Below the pieces are notes generated by a model. That model did not search any database. It saw only the letters and a program-made list of their open reading frames with translations, and was not told where the DNA came from. A stretch of 64,000 bases of DNA from contig NW_024704743.1 in assembly GCF_018977255.1 (NCBI RefSeq), positions 32,242,001 through 32,306,000 of the forward strand, written 5' to 3'. The position numbers were made by a program, and so were the translations under genes. The DNA comes from Callorhinchus milii (taxonomy: Eukaryota). Positions 13,613 to 26,031 of this stretch are shown here, piece after piece; positions within the stretch are counted from its first letter, which is position 1, and every line of letters begins with the position of its first letter.

Positions 13613-15799
13613 TCACAAGTGTAGTTGCATTGAATTGGCCAGTTTTTGAGGGGAAACCTCCAAATCCACTTGGCTGTATCCACTTTACTCCAGCTTGAGC
13701 AGTGGCTTGTGGAAAGGCCTGTGATAAACCATGTGTGAAAGAGAATGATTACTCTTGGACTTGGGAAGTACTGAAGTACAATTCTTGTTTTTGTATAGTG
13801 CAGTGCCAACCATTTTAATGAATGCTTGATAGCTGTAAAAATCTCTTAAATAGTTTCACAGACCACTTTTTTGTGTAAATAAATGGCACCACAATTTATA
13901 CCAATTTCAACAGTCAGGGTAGATTATTCTTAAAAATGATCCATTTCTTCAGTTCAGTGCCGAGCATGTGATTAAGGCTGCTTTTGGTCTGGCCATGGTA
14001 TCTTGGAGAGTAGTGAAGGGTCAATGGACCTTTTGATTTAGTTTTAAGCACAGTTGTTTCTCCCCCCATCCACGCCCCAGCCATAGGAGAGGGTGGGACA
14101 AGTGGGAGGGGGAAAAGGAAATTGAGTCAACCAAGGTTGTTCTTCTGCTTCTACCACCAGATTAAAGAGCACATTGGAATAACTCACCTGCCTGCTGGCA
14201 TCTGGAGTGTTGTGTCCCTGAAGGTGGGGGGTGTGGGGGTGGAGAGACAATGAAAAGAGTAGCGGGGAAGGACATATTCGTTCAAAAATTACTGTGTGTA
14301 AATGTTCGTATAGATCGCTATTTCGGGGGTAATAATCCTTTCCAAAAAAAATTAATAATAATTTGGTCACTCAATCCACGACTGTTTGTGGTTCACTGCT
14401 GTGCACAATTGGCTGACGGGTTTCGTCCACAAAATATACAGTCAATTCACTTTACAGTATATTCTGTGAAGTGCTTTAGTGCTTTGAGGTGTCTCAAAGA
14501 CATGATAAGGCACTATATAAAATGCAAGGATTAATAATGAAGGATGGAGTGAGTTTGTGATAACATGACATTTTCCTCACACCTCGTTGTTCTCAGATTT
14601 GATTTTGGAGCCGGCATCTGCTATGTTACAACTTGAAATAAAACCATAAGATGCTGGAAATACACTGCAGGTCAGATGCACCAACACCCGAGAGAGAGCT
14701 TGAATTGGATGTTTCTATGGTCTCTTATTCCCCTTCCCTGCAGGAAAGTAACTCCCCGAAAACAATATCTCACTACCACCACCTCAAGAAAACATCTGAT
14801 GTCCCTTAAATTTAATTGAATGATTTCAGAAATATGATGAAGGAAGCCTAAGATCAGCATTCGTGTGTGTGTGTTCTAGGGGAGCGGGGTAGGCACCTGG
14901 TGCGCATGTTTGTTCCCCACCTCCCCCCTTTCTTTGTGAAGATCAAGGGATATCCCAGTTAAATTGTGTATGGCCAAGCTTCCTACTACAAGGATTGAAG
15001 TGCTCCAAGACTATCCCACATGAATGGCACTATATAAATTCAAGTTATTCTTCTTCTTGTTCATTGCATGAATAAACTCCTCTGATTCTCTTTCTAAGTG
15101 TTTTAGTCTGTGAGAAATCTGAAAAGAATATGATTGCTATATTACAGTTGTCTTATTCTTAGCAAAAGTCAGGACTAAATTTCCTAGTGCTGGACTTGGT
15201 TACAGATGCAATAGCTCAGCAATATCAGTACTGCCTTAGGTCCTAGTTTGTAAAGATTTAGTGGATCTTTCAAAATTTAGCTTCCTGCAGGTTTTTCTCA
15301 TGAAGTGTGGAATTATTTGCAGTAAAGCCAGTCTATGATGCACACAAATGGTTCTTGACAATTTATGGAAAAGGGGAGAAATAATAATAAAATAATGATA
15401 ATACTGTAATCCCTGCATTTGATATAGTGCCTTTCACAACGGGAGGATGTTTCAAAGCATTTCACAGGATTTAACCTAAAACCTCTCTATCAAGTAATGT
15501 GTTCAAACACTGTGTTGGATGAAGTCAGCTTTGATCACTGCATGACTTAGAATCAGGAGAGAACGGCTCTGGAGAGAGAGTGGAAACTAGGAGGCAGAAA
15601 GGTGAGTGATAATCGGTTTGCTGCCTGTGGTAAAAGGTTGTTATCCAAGTAGTGCTGGTAATGTGGGAGAGCTATGGATTCCAAGGCCACAGTATGGTAA
15701 TAAATTTATGTTGACTATCAGGATGGAGGCATGCCAATATTCATTTATTGCTGTATACGGGAGTTAAACATATATGATAGCAGAGGCTCCTCGGATATT

Positions 15800-16340
15800 T
15801 ACATAGGAACAAGAACAGGCCATTCAACCCATCAAGCCTGTCCTATCACTTTCCAAGAACATGACCATTCTGCAACTCAATTCCACCTCCCCACCCCTTC
15901 TCCGCAGTCCTTTATAGCCCTCTATCAAGTATTTTTCTATTTGCCTTTAAAATTTTTCAAATGACTCTGCCTCCACTGCCCTCTGGGGGAGTAAATTCCA
16001 CATTCCCACCACCCACTGCGTGATTTTTTTTTTCTTATTTCACTTTGAAATGGTTTTGCCTCAAGTTTAAGACAATGGCCTCTAGTCCTTAATTCTCTTG
16101 CCAGCGGAAACCGTGTTTCACTGTTCAGCCTGACAAATTGCTTTATAATTTTATATACCTCGATCAGGTCACCCACCAGCTTCCTGAACTCAGGAGAGTA
16201 TAATCCAGGTCTCTCCATCCTTTCATCATAATTTAGGCCATTGACACTAGGAATTATTCTGGTCAATCGATGCTGCACATTCTCTAAGGCCAATATATCC
16301 TTTCTAAGGTTTGTTTCAATCTTACTTCTGGGTGTCAACC
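15800..16340 (-). mobile_element. CR1-clade LINE 3' fragment
   Basis: ORF 15937..16338 has DILALENVQHRLTRIIP...GDLIEVYKII...TRGHCLKL, typical of the CR1 RT C-terminus. It is followed by a CR1-type 3' UTR (ggaacaagaacaggccattcaaccc). Confidence 0.9.
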
Positions 16341-17744
16341 TGCACTATTTATTCATTAATTTCCTACAATTTTATGTTGTTAATGCCAACCTGACTGTCC
16401 GTTATTTGGAAGACTAGCTTGTTTTTCACCAGAATAGTTTCCTGGGGCACCCTGAGGTGTGCATTCTTTGTAATTCAATTGCTGGAAACCACAGAAGTGC
16501 AAACTTGTATCAGCTGCCCTAGTTGTAATCATTTTTTGTGTACATTAGCAGCTGATATCAGAAACCGAAGCAGCCCATGGCTTGAAATAACATGCAGAGT
16601 TCCTGCTTGCATGCTGCAGCCTGGTCCTTTGATTATCTGCTCCAGTCAGAATCAGGGCAGGGATTTCAAGGCAATGGGAAAACTGATTTAGTATTATTTG
16701 GCAAACCTTTCACAGAGCAAAGCAAGTTAGTGAGTGTGTTGTGAGGAGCTGCCAAATGTTAATTTGCGTTATGCTGGGGTTGGTTGGGGGATGTGACTGA
16801 TAGCCTCTGGAATTTGTTCATCAGATTTGCTTGAAACTAGTTTTGACTGGCTACAAGTCAATGCTGTTGCACTGGGAAGAATACCTTTTTAAAATAGTTT
16901 CCTTCGGCCCTGCTAGGTATCTCCCCTAAATCTAGCATTGTGGCTCATAATAACCCAACTGCTGGTGTAGAAGGAACACTGGAGCAATTTATTTAGAGTG
17001 CAACAATATAGACCTTTGTTAAGCACTTTGTGTAGGCATTAATACTCGGGTTTAATTCTTTAAAACTGTATCAAGATTTTTTGAAGCTGTTGGATCTGCT
17101 AAAGAATTTGCAGAAGTAATCAAGGAAGAATTCTAGAAAGTCTTGCAATAAAATGATTTTAAAGTAAATTGGGTGTTAACAGTGCTGGAGTCATTTCTGC
17201 ACAAATGTGGTCTCCGGAGACAGTGACTGAGATATAATTTGGAAGGTGATACTTTTTGGCCGGATTTTGGAGTGACATCTGCTATTGCACACTCATACTA
17301 CTTTGGTCTGGCTCATTGCCACAGGGATTAAAAATATTAATCCTTAATAATTCTTGCATTTGGTAGAGGGCCTCATCATATCATCAAATGTCTCAAAGTG
17401 CTTCACAGGATTACTCTAGTGTGATTGTGCCTCTGAGTCAGAAGGTTGTGGGTTCAAGCCACACAACTCAGCCTATACTCTGAACTCAGTCTAGGCTGAG
17501 ACTCCCAATACAGTGCTGGGAGGACTGCTGAATTGTTGGAGATGCCATCCTTTGGATGAGACGTTGATCTGTTCAAATTTGTTGTTCGGTTAGCCTTTTT
17601 GTTACTTTTCTCCCCATGGGAGAACTTAGCATCTTATTATCTCACCTAGAAACATAGTCTCTGTACATCTCTGGAATTTCCATTTAAGAAACCCTGGCAC
17701 CAGGTATCCGGACTTCATACCTAGCTGGACTGGGCCAAAATAGG

Positions 17745-17870
17745 ACAGCAGTTGTCCTGGAATAGAGGGTCGAGGCAGAGAGGTAGAGCTGGGTGTCATC
17801 TGCATACATGTGGAAGTTGACCCCATGTCTGCGGATGATGTCACCAAGGAGGAGCATGGAGATATTGAAA
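17745..17870 (-). mobile_element. Internal L2 RT fragment (YADD region)
   Basis: gggtgtcatctgcatacatgtggaagttgaccccatgtctgcggatgatgtcacc is nearly identical to 59751-59805. Confidence 0.85.
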
Positions 17871-19724
17871 AGTATAAAAGACTAGCTCCCTCTCTTCGGG
17901 GAATCCCTCAGACTCTATGGATTCCCCAAAGTTAACACACGTTCCATGTTTCCACAGCTTCCAATTCACTTTACAGATGAGCAGTGATTGTTCTGTCCAG
18001 CTTGACAAGGGACGGTTTGACATGTTGATTTATTTCACACCAGTCTTCAATGCTGCTGTAAACGCCAACCTCTCCAGGTCACCAAGTGTTGCAGATTTTT
18101 CTTTCCCAAAAGTACAGGCTTTGAAGCTAGCACTCTCGCCTTTGGGTCTGAAGATTGTAGAGTTAAGCCCTAAATCAAATTGGCTGCTAGATTCACCTAC
18201 AAACAGTGTATAATCATTGCATCTCACAGAGAACACTGTGAAGCACCTTTGGATGAGATGTTGATCTACTCAAATTTGTTGTTCAGTTAGCCTTTTTGTT
18301 ACTTTTTTCCCCATGGGAGAAGTTAGCATCTTATTGTCTTAAAGTGCTGCACAAGTAATTATCTATAAGAGAAGTGACTGTTTTAGGAGACAAACACACA
18401 AGACCATTTGCACCATCTGTCTACAAACAGCCATGAGGTGAATGACCAATGAATCCTGAAAAGGCAACTGACAATCGGATGTCATTTGATCGATTTGTTC
18501 TCTCTTTTAATCCAATCCTCTCAATGTGTTGCAATCGCAGTTTTGGACTTCAAACCTCCCGATTTCATCAGTGTTTGCCCATCATTGATGTTTGAGTGAC
18601 TCAGCACTTCCTTTCAATAATGTCCACTAGCAGGTAGATTCTTAGGCCCCAAAGAGGTATTTAATCTTGTTTTCTAAGTTATCAGGCAATTAAACTCCCA
18701 AGATCAACCTCTTTCACCGGGCAGAAGCTAGGCTGGACTTAATAAATAATGGGTTATTATATTTCGGCAGTGCATTAGATGGGGATTGCGATTGACTTCT
18801 ATGGTTTGAGAAACAGCATCTATTAATCGTATCTCTATTGGGACAAGTTAGGAGAAATAATCTTGACATTCTAGTCCACAGGTCAGTGTTCCCAGAAAGG
18901 AAGAAGTTTAATTTTTATGGGACTTTTATCATGTTAAAACACCTTAAAGTGCTTTGCAGTTGTTACTGTGAAGTTTAGTGTTTTGTCGCAGGAGCTCTAT
19001 TAAGCACAAAGGGTTTCTGTGAACAGGTAGAAAAACGTTGGATTTTCAGAACTGGCAGGTTTGGGGGGACAGATGTGCTGGCAGGCTGATTTCCTTGTGG
19101 TGGAGTGATCTCGTTTTTTTTAACGTACTATGGTTGTAACGAATCCCCGCTGAGTGTGCACTTCAGAAGGAACAAAAATCAAAAGATAGACATTGCCTGT
19201 TAAAATTTATCTTCTCTGGACTTGACACATTCTCTGTTCAAACCTGTAAATTGTGAAGCATTTTTTGGCTGTCATCCTGTACCCACTGGCCTTTGTTTTC
19301 CAGGATCACACTTCTGAAGGGTGAATTCAAATATTGACCAAGTAATTGTGATTTTCTCTTTCCTCCCACCCCAGAGGTATTTTGAAAGGTCATAGGTTCG
19401 AATCATAGTTTGTGCTCAGTTGGCTGATTTGAGTCAAGGCACTACATTTTGCCTCAGTGCTCCTGGGTAGGTGAGGGGGGAAAATCCTGTTTCTTATCCA
19501 AAGGCCCCCATTGGCACCTGGGTGTTAGCCTGGCCCAGGTGGTAGCATTGTGGCTTTTCAGTCAATCCATGTTAGGATTTTCAGCTCATAGATCTAGATC
19601 AAGGTAGTCCATTCTTTTGGCTGCTGAGGTCGGATCCCCTATTTGAGACACGTCCTCAAGCTGCATAAGCAATATTTTTGTGTTTCCCTTCCAGAAACAT
19701 ATGGGTTATGGGTTATGGAGGGAG

Positions 19725-19800
19725 CGGGTGGGCCAAATGAAATGGGAGGGGCGGGGGGGGAATTTGGCCTGCGGGCCACAGTTGGACCACCCTGGTCTAG
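19725..19800. mobile_element. hAT-Charlie-like transposon terminus
   Basis: atttggcctgcgggccacagttggaccaccctggtctag resembles Charlie/MER58-type ends (from memory). Confidence 0.5.
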
Positions 19801-21489
19801 GCTGACACTTGGGTTGGGTTGGAACTTTGTTTTTATGTACAGCTCACATAAGTCATTCAGTTAAGCCAAATATTTCAATCAATGTAAATGGGCTGTGGTG
19901 AATTGCATTGCTTGGAAAGGTCTTCAAGGAAACTGGCAGGCTCAATTGGTCATGAGGCTGGGAAGCCTGGCCATGATGAAACACGGTGATTTTTTGGGTG
20001 ACTGTTTTTGCTTACTTTTATCTTCTTGTTGCAAACCACAATTGTAAAATGAAGCATTTTATCAAATAATTGGGCAAACTGAGCTGGCAAAAGCAACTTA
20101 CATTATAAAAGGTGGCATTACAACATATTGCAAGTTAATAGTGGTTAATGCTGGAACAACTGATGATCTTGAATTGTATTTGGATCAGCATATATTTAGA
20201 TTAGGAAAATTTTATAGGTAGTAATAAATAATATTGGTATTTGATAGTGCCTTTCATGTCGGGAGGACGACTCAATGTGCTTACAGGATTTATTGTAAAG
20301 TGCGGTGACTCTGTATTTTGTAGACAAATGAGGCAACCAATTTGCATGCACCAATATCCTGCAAACAGACATAAAATTAATAACAAATTTTATCTGGGGA
20401 TTGTGGGCCAGGACAACAAGGGAAATTCATTTTTCGAATAGTCCTTCAAACCCAAAACCATCCAACTCAGAGGTGAGAGTGCTTCCAATTGAGCTGACAT
20501 CGACTTCATGTTATTAAATAATAAACCAGTGGAATATCCAGGTGTTACATTGAAATGGCCTTTCCCAGGATATGCATTCATGTAAAGTGTCTTCACTGTT
20601 TCTCAAGAATTTTCTGCTGACTTTCACTTGGTAGACACACTTCTGTTGTAGTATAAACAATGTTTATTTGCTGTTTGAACAGATATCCATCTCTGGAATT
20701 TGCCTTTGTGCTCCTAACAGCTTTTGGGAGCCCATCCCTGATTTTTATTTGACCAGGTTTATCAAGCTTGTCTGATGATGGGTGTGTGTGGGGGCGTTGG
20801 ATGGGATCGGCCTGTTTTAAGCAAAGATACTAGGAGGGGGGGAAGGGGAGTGGAGCTCAGGAGTGTGTACCATGATCTGAACTTTAAAATGGATTGAAGT
20901 TTGTGGTCCAGGTCAATGTCAGAGGTTTGTCTCCACCAACTGTGAGGCTAGGTGAAGGTTTTACTGAGTTGGAAATTTGTAGCGTTGCAAATGGACGCCA
21001 GCGTTGGCAGAGTTCATGTCCCACTCCGAGATCTGTTAGCGCTCCAAATTAGAACGAGATGTGCAAGGCAGCCCAGTAATGAGCTCCTCTATAGTTAAAT
21101 ATCCCAGTGTATGTCTAGTCCATTCCTTACCAGCTAGTTACGTGCCTGTCCCAATCATGTGGTTGAATCCAAATAGTTAATGGTTGTATAAGTCTGGGGT
21201 GCATTTTTCTTTTAATATTTTTTTCCCTTGCATGATTAAATGGACTGCTTACAAGTAATAAGAAATAGTAATAATCCTTGCATTTGATATAGCGCTTTAC
21301 CACGTCACTGAAACATCTCAAAGTGCTTCATAGGATTTTACTGTGAAGTGCGAGGCTGTATTTCTAGGCATTAAAATGACCCAATGAATTTTGGTTAGTT
21401 TGTAAGATATTATAATGCTTACCTTTGATATAGGCCCTTGACATATTGACACCCCATATTCTCAAAGAGCTTCACACTTAGTTACTATC

Positions 21490-21838
21490 ATAATAATAAT
21501 CGTTGCATTTGATATAATAATAATAATAATAATCCTTGCATTTGATATAGCGCTTTTCACGTCGGGAGGACATCCCAAAGCGCTTCACAGAACACACTGT
21601 AAAGTGAATTGACTGTATATTTCTGGGCGAACGCGGCAGCCAATTGCGCACAGCAATGTCCCACAAACAATCGTAGATTGAAAATGACCAATTTATTATT
21701 GTTTTTGGTTTTGGAGGGATTATTATTAGGCGTGTGGAGTAAGGAAACTTGCCCAAGGTTTCGTCCTGCCTGGAATTGAACTCAGGTTTCTCACTTGCAA
21801 AGCGAGTGCTCTAACTACTGAGCTACAGGACTCCACAA
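21490..21838 (-). mobile_element. Second tRNA-headed SINE family (short, internally deleted form)
   Basis: Same head and tail as 8755-9139 but lacks the central segment. The same junction appears in 44268-44510(-) and 45290-45425(+). Confidence 0.85.
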
Positions 21839-23097
21839 ATAGCACCTTGGTCCACATATAGCACCTTGTCACGTTGTCGAGATGTGTCAAAGCACTTTAC
21901 AGGATATACTGTAAACTGTTTATAATTTACGGTGGGCAAATGCGGCAGCCAGTTTGTGGACAGCAGCATCCTACAAACAGCCATGGCGTGAGTGACCAAT
22001 TTTATTTGGGGGGTTGTTGGCCAGGACACCAGGAGAAACTCCCTTCTGTTTTCAAATAGTACCATGGGATCTTTAAAGTCCACCTGGACAGACAGATGGG
22101 ATCTTGGTTCAACATCTCATCCAAAGGATGGAAATATGAAGTAAACTTTCCTAAGCTATTTATGTATGCTGACACATTGTGCTTGTATTTCACTAAGTAA
22201 ATAACCACAGAATTGGTTGATAAGATTATAATTGTCTCTGAATTCCGCTACTTCTGTTTTGTCGGTTCATCATCATAGAGTGCTTGGACTTAACTAAGGC
22301 TTAAACTCCTTCTTGCATTTCTTACACTAAATCTAAATGATTTTATTTGATCACCTGTCAAAACTAATTCCTAACAGTTATAATTAAAGGACCCTGAAAT
22401 CCTCTTCTGACCATTCCTCTGCTGGATTTGAGGTTTTGGATATTATACTGGAGAAGCCAGCCGAGCGGTAAAGGAGAGAGGATGAGGAGGGGTGAAGGCT
22501 CTTGGGAGTTTAAACAGCAGCTGGGTTGAATTGCCTTTTTCCGTGCTGTAACATTTCTGTAATGCTGCATGAAGACTGCAATACAATAATGTTTTTATTT
22601 CAAGATCCTCATCCTCACATTCAAATCTCTCCATTGTGTCTCCCTACCATGCAACCCAGCCAGTTCTTCCACCTCCTCTGATTCCATATTTCCTCCCAAC
22701 TTGGGGCCATCTCCAAATGTAACTATCTTACACTGGGTTTACAAATCCAGGGCATTAACATATAGGAGGGACAGAGGTCCTGTGCAGATCACTGAGGCAT
22801 TCCATTAAATACTTTTCCCTCCCGCATTTTGACCTATGGGCCAAAGGACTTTGTCTATCCAAACCCCTCCAATGCTTTGGGACGTCCTCCCGACATAAAA
22901 GGCGCTATACAAATATAATTTATTGTCGTCGTTGTAAATTGTCCTGCAAACCAGAAGCATTATCAGCAAATTAAAAATGATATTCTTTCTTTTTCTCTCT
23001 CTCCCTCTCAAAACATTGCTGGTGACTTGATGGTGATGTGCTGCCATTTTCCTCCTGTGCCTATTTTCTGGTGGTCGATCTGACATCTCGGTCTAAG

Positions 23098-23110
23098 GAA
23101 AGTCCCTAAG
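23098..23110 (+). CDS. KIF13A: Kinesin-3 (KIF13A-like) 13-nt coding microexon, (R)KVPK
   Basis: ctaag|GAAAGTCCCTAAG|gtacgt. It has an AG acceptor and GT donor and ends in phase 0, matching the next exon. It corresponds to the RKPPK peptide preceding VFAFDY in human KIF13A, recalled as a 13-nt exon. Missed by the ORF track. Confidence 0.85.
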
Positions 23111-23194
23111 GTACGTATTACAAATGTTCATTGTGTGGACTGTGTTCAGTCCAGCTTGAAAAAACTTTCAGACCTGTTTAAACCAATTTTGTCT

Positions 23195-23367
23195 TTATAT
23201 ATATATGTTTTATATATATATACATATGTTATACATATACGTTATATATATACGTTATATATATATATATTATATATGTATGTGTCATATATGTGTTATA
23301 TATATATATATATGTTATATATATGTGTGTGTTATATATATGTTTTGTATATATGTGTTATATATAT
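23195..23367. repeat. Degenerate (TA)n/(TG)n microsatellite
   Basis: About 170 bp of alternating TA with interspersed TG/CA. Confidence 0.95.
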
Positions 23368-25970
23368 AAAATCTCATGTGTATTGCTGGAGGCAATTACA
23401 CCAGTTGTCTATGGAGAAATAGAGGTGCTTAATTCTTAATTATTAATATTTAATTGCACAGTGGAGGCCACCTTTCTAAAATGGTTCAGATGCAGGTATT
23501 TTGGTTATGGGAATATTGTCAATTAAATTTTGGTAGAATTTGGTGCTTTAATTTGTTTTACTTATGGCTGGGATTGAATTCATCAATTGAAAATAACCCC
23601 AAATTTCTTTCTTGATTCAACATTCGGGACTAGTGAACGTCAACATTTGATATTGCAACAAAAGGAATACAGTATATGTTCTAATACTGGCGGATTATTA
23701 CTTGGAGCTATTTGCATACATAACCCAGAGTTTTGGCTATGCAGATGTCTACTGTATTCATTTAACAAAATGCTTAACGATCAATGGAAAGACTGACTGT
23801 AAAAGTCCTCCTTGAATCAGTATTCCATCTGAAGGTAAAGTGTTGCCCTTTGAGAAGTCAGATTAAATCTGAAGTACCCTTATGGAGTCCAAACGTATTA
23901 TTGTCCAGTCTTCCCCCTTTTGAAGTGGCACTGTACAAACCTCATTCTTTGACTATTGCAAGACCTGTTTGTGTTGTCAGAGATTAGAATCAAACTTCAA
24001 AGTGGCCTAATTTGGGTTATGTGACACACCACTTCAATTTGGCTCAGGCTAGATAATAACAATAATCCTTGCATTATTTTTAGATGCCTGATCTTCAAGT
24101 TGATCTGACTTGTTCTATTGTTGTTTGGTCTAACACATCCCTCTGCGGATGCATGCTATCGATTTGCATATCCTGCACCTTTCCCAGCCATCATATTGTG
24201 AAGGATTGGAGGGTGGATCTACTGCAGCATAAACAAATCCAAGCAAACTAGCTAGAGTAGCATGGCTAGCAAGGTCTTCTACCAGTCCCTTGAGTTGATG
24301 AACTTGGGTGTGGTGGGATGAAGCAGAGGAAAAATTATTAAGTTTTAACAGTGCATCACCTTTAGAACATGGCTTTACCTATTGTGACATGTGCCAAATC
24401 GAATGCACAGAGGTTGGCTGGAGTGAAATCCTCTGCTACGAACTAGTTGAAGCAGAGTCCATTAATTATTTTAAATAGATTTGTTGAAAAGAAAACAAAA
24501 TTAAGGGTTATGAGGAGCAAACAGGAGAGTGGACTTACATTAGGTGGCTCATGTGGAGAGAAATATACTCTCAAGACTTTATGGACCGAAATGTCCTGTT
24601 TCTGTGCTGTAATATTGTATGAATGTTGGTTCAATTCTATTAAATCACCTGACTGTTCAATTACTGTTGGGTAATGGCACACAGGGCTTCTTTCCACTTG
24701 TATACTAGCAAGTATTCAGCCTGCACAGGAAGCTAAGCCTTCACCTCCTGGGAATCTTTAGCTAACGGTCAGGGCTCAGTCTAGCCACAGAAACCAAGTT
24801 TACATTTTGCTGGGCTGCTCCTGAATGAGTTGGCAGCCCAGCTGCCTTCTCCTGATCTTGCAACTCGTTTACATTTTTATAACCCTGCAGAGGGAGGAAT
24901 TCCAGACCGTATGATTTGCCACATTTTGACCTGAAGCTACTGTTGTCAGTATGCATTTATTCCCCTTGACCAGATCTCTAGTGGTTTCTGAATGCACTTC
25001 CTTGTTCACATCTCCCTCCTGTCACAAGCTGACCCAGTGCGAGCCACAGTCTCCTGCTGTGCTTTCTTTACATTAAATGTTGATAGTGACAGTGGTCTCA
25101 AACCATGATCGGAAGGAAGTCTTTTTCAGGCAGGGTGGAGGGGAGGGGGGATTTCACAGACATTTCATTGTTTGGCTACCAGATGCTTTAGAAATGAATT
25201 GGCTTTGATGGTGTATTTAAAATGAAGAACCATTTTAAATTTTAACCAAAATTAAGTAATGCATTATTAGTTAGACAAGGCTTTTAGAACAAGGATTTCA
25301 AAAATCGCTCGCCTGTATTTTTTTCTGATTGGTTAATTGCAACTTCCTGCCTGAATTGTTTCTATGCCTACAGGTTTTTTGCCCCTATAGTTTGTCTTTT
25401 CTCCATCCTTCATCTCTTGTCTCCTAAGGAGACCCTTTCCCAGGATTCTGCCAGCGCTCTACCTGTTGTAGAGGTGTTACCCTTCAACTTGTTTTATATA
25501 GTTGGAATAATATATATTTCCCAGCTAAATTTGGAGGAGTTACTTTGGTGGGGACCTGTAATCCTAGATATGTGTCTTACCATTCTATATGCTCCTGCAG
25601 ATCAGTACACTTGCCATTTATTGACCTATTCATAATGAGACCAATTTAAAGGGGTTTCACTGTAGCACAAGTAACAAGCTTTTGTATGGACCATACCTGG
25701 CTGGAAGTGTAGTGTGAGGTGCTCAAGAGAGCAAGGTAACCTGGAAGCCTGTTGTACAAAATCTGCATTGTGCATCCCTTTGCACTGCACTTAAAACAAA
25801 TTGCACTTTTACTTTTGCACCCTTCACATGGGATGAGCACCTCACAGTATTTCACAATCGACTTGCACATAACACTTATCGGTTTATATCAGTTTATGTT
25901 GTGAACTTGAGAGGTTCCATAGACCTGACTTGTCAAACCCAGTGTGTTTTCTTTCTGATTTTGTTAACAG

Positions 25971-26031
25971 GTATTTGCTTTTGACTATTGCTTCTGGTCC
26001 ATGGATGAAGCCAACAAAGCAAAATATGCAG
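25971..26031 (+). CDS. KIF13A: KIF13A-like motor exon, VFAFDYCFWSMDEANKAKYA(G)
   Basis: Pyrimidine tract + aacag acceptor, gtgagt donor, 61 nt. Contains the kinesin-3 F.FD..FWS motif. Confidence 0.96.

Noticed and set aside
1..23097. First coding exons of the kinesin (MSDTKVKVAVRVRP...; ELELNTKCVV...)
   Set aside because: No matching peptide with splice sites was found by eye or in the ORF track. They probably lie upstream of the window.
23135..23422. Tyr/Ile-rich 95-aa ORF (also 13459-13809)
   Set aside because: Translation of TA microsatellite, not a protein.
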